The notes under the pieces are model-generated. The model saw nothing but the letters and a program-made list of their open reading frames with translations, was not told the origin of the DNA and did no database searches. Positions 63,173-64,000 of a stretch of 64,000 nt of DNA are shown here, piece by piece. Position numbers and translations under genes: made by a program. Positions within the stretch are counted from its first letter, which is position 1. Every line of letters begins with the position of its first letter. This DNA comes from a phage, in the NCBI GenBank assembly GCA_011816565.1, contig GCA_011816565.1_3614.1; one strand, written 5' to 3'.

Positions 63173-64000
63173 TGGCATAGCCAGCGAAAGATTATTAACT
63201 TGTCGATTGTTATCTTGTTAATTGTTTTCATGCAAACGAATGGCATGGCTTATCATCTATGCGTGAACAGTGAGGCATGCAATAGTAACAATTGTTATTG
63301 TATCCAGTGTGTTGAGTATGCCCAGTGTGTCACTATTATGTCATATTATGTCACAGTATGTCAGACAAGTTTTTCTCCTCTTTGTCAAGTGCTGCATGAA
63401 AAATTTACAAGCTTGTATGGTAGCATTTTTGCGGCCCTGTTTACATTCAGTAGTGTATGTATAATCCTTGTTGTGTGGGCGTTTAGACGTCTAGACGGTT
63501 GGAAGTCCACAGGTCAATATCTAATCTATCGGCTGCTAACTATATCCCACACAAATAGTAAGAAATATGATTGTTATATGCGTAAACTGTAACTCATGTT
63601 ATCAATCCCTGTATGGATCGCCAGTGGTGCGCATAATGGGTATTATGTTAAATTGCCAGTAATGATAACTATTCTCACAATGATAGGTATTCTCATTCAC
63701 TCCCACAAGATAGGTTGCAAATGTTGTGCCACTGTGTGAACGGCCTCACCTATTAATTTGCCTCACTGCCTCGATATTTGAGAATTGTTATAAGAATGAG
63801 AAGTATTCCCATTTCGTCCGCCTGGCAGCACTCCAGTCGCTACCGGCTCCTGACAGGGAGGCACTCCTGTTGGTCAGGTCAAAATCGGGGTAGAACTGGG
63901 CCTGTTCAGATATTTCTGGCTGACGCTTCAGGTCTGTGTGGGAAAAGACAACCTCCCCGACGGGGCAGGGGGGTGTCTGCTGGAAAATTGCAGGTCAATT

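Noticed and set aside
63200-63592. 130-aa Cys-rich plus-strand ORF
   Set aside because: Sits in the palindrome-rich AT region, begins inside a direct repeat, has no RBS and an implausible composition.
1-64000. tRNA genes, integrase or lysogeny module
   Set aside because: Visual scan for T-loop-like motifs (GGTTCGAATCC-type) and integrase/repressor signatures found nothing convincing; tRNAscan and HMM searches would be needed to exclude them.

Overview
The window reads as a contiguous stretch of a virulent tailed-phage genome with T4-like accessory genes but a family-A DNA polymerase; no integrase, rRNA, tRNA or CRISPR array was seen by eye. Layout: (1) 1-16947, plus strand: tail/baseplate module with at least five fibre-like proteins, including two paralogous fibres with swapped central domains, a fibre-assembly chaperone and an 1875-aa RCC1-repeat/Ig-like fibre, ending at a bidirectional terminator. 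(2) 16995-23955, minus strand: 15 small to medium genes including a HAD-like phosphatase, a metallopeptidase/VWA protein and a tandem HNH-like protein. (3) 24032-51224, plus strand: MoxR-type AAA+ ATPase, secreted SleB/CwlJ-like hydrolase, rIIA-like and rIIB-like proteins, Dda-like helicase, two DNA methyltransferases, TOPRIM primase-helicase, HNH-AP2 homing endonuclease, PolA with 3'-5' exonuclease motif, a protein ending in an SSB-like DDIPF tail, a TARG1-like macro-domain protein and many small ORFs. (4) 51230-52240: about 1 kb without convincing coding capacity, dense in AT-rich iteron-like repeats and a GC-rich repeated element. (5) 52240-62295: about 25 small early-type genes, each with a near-consensus sigma70 promoter, a GC-rich leader hairpin and a conserved RBS, plus a 48-bp intergenic hairpin repeat. 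(6) 62300-64000: AT-rich non-coding palindrome cluster and a GC-rich terminal segment. Functions are inferred from motifs read by eye; no database search was run. Hand-derived coordinates (starts moved off the ORF track, small ORFs, regulatory sites) may be off by 1-2 nt.
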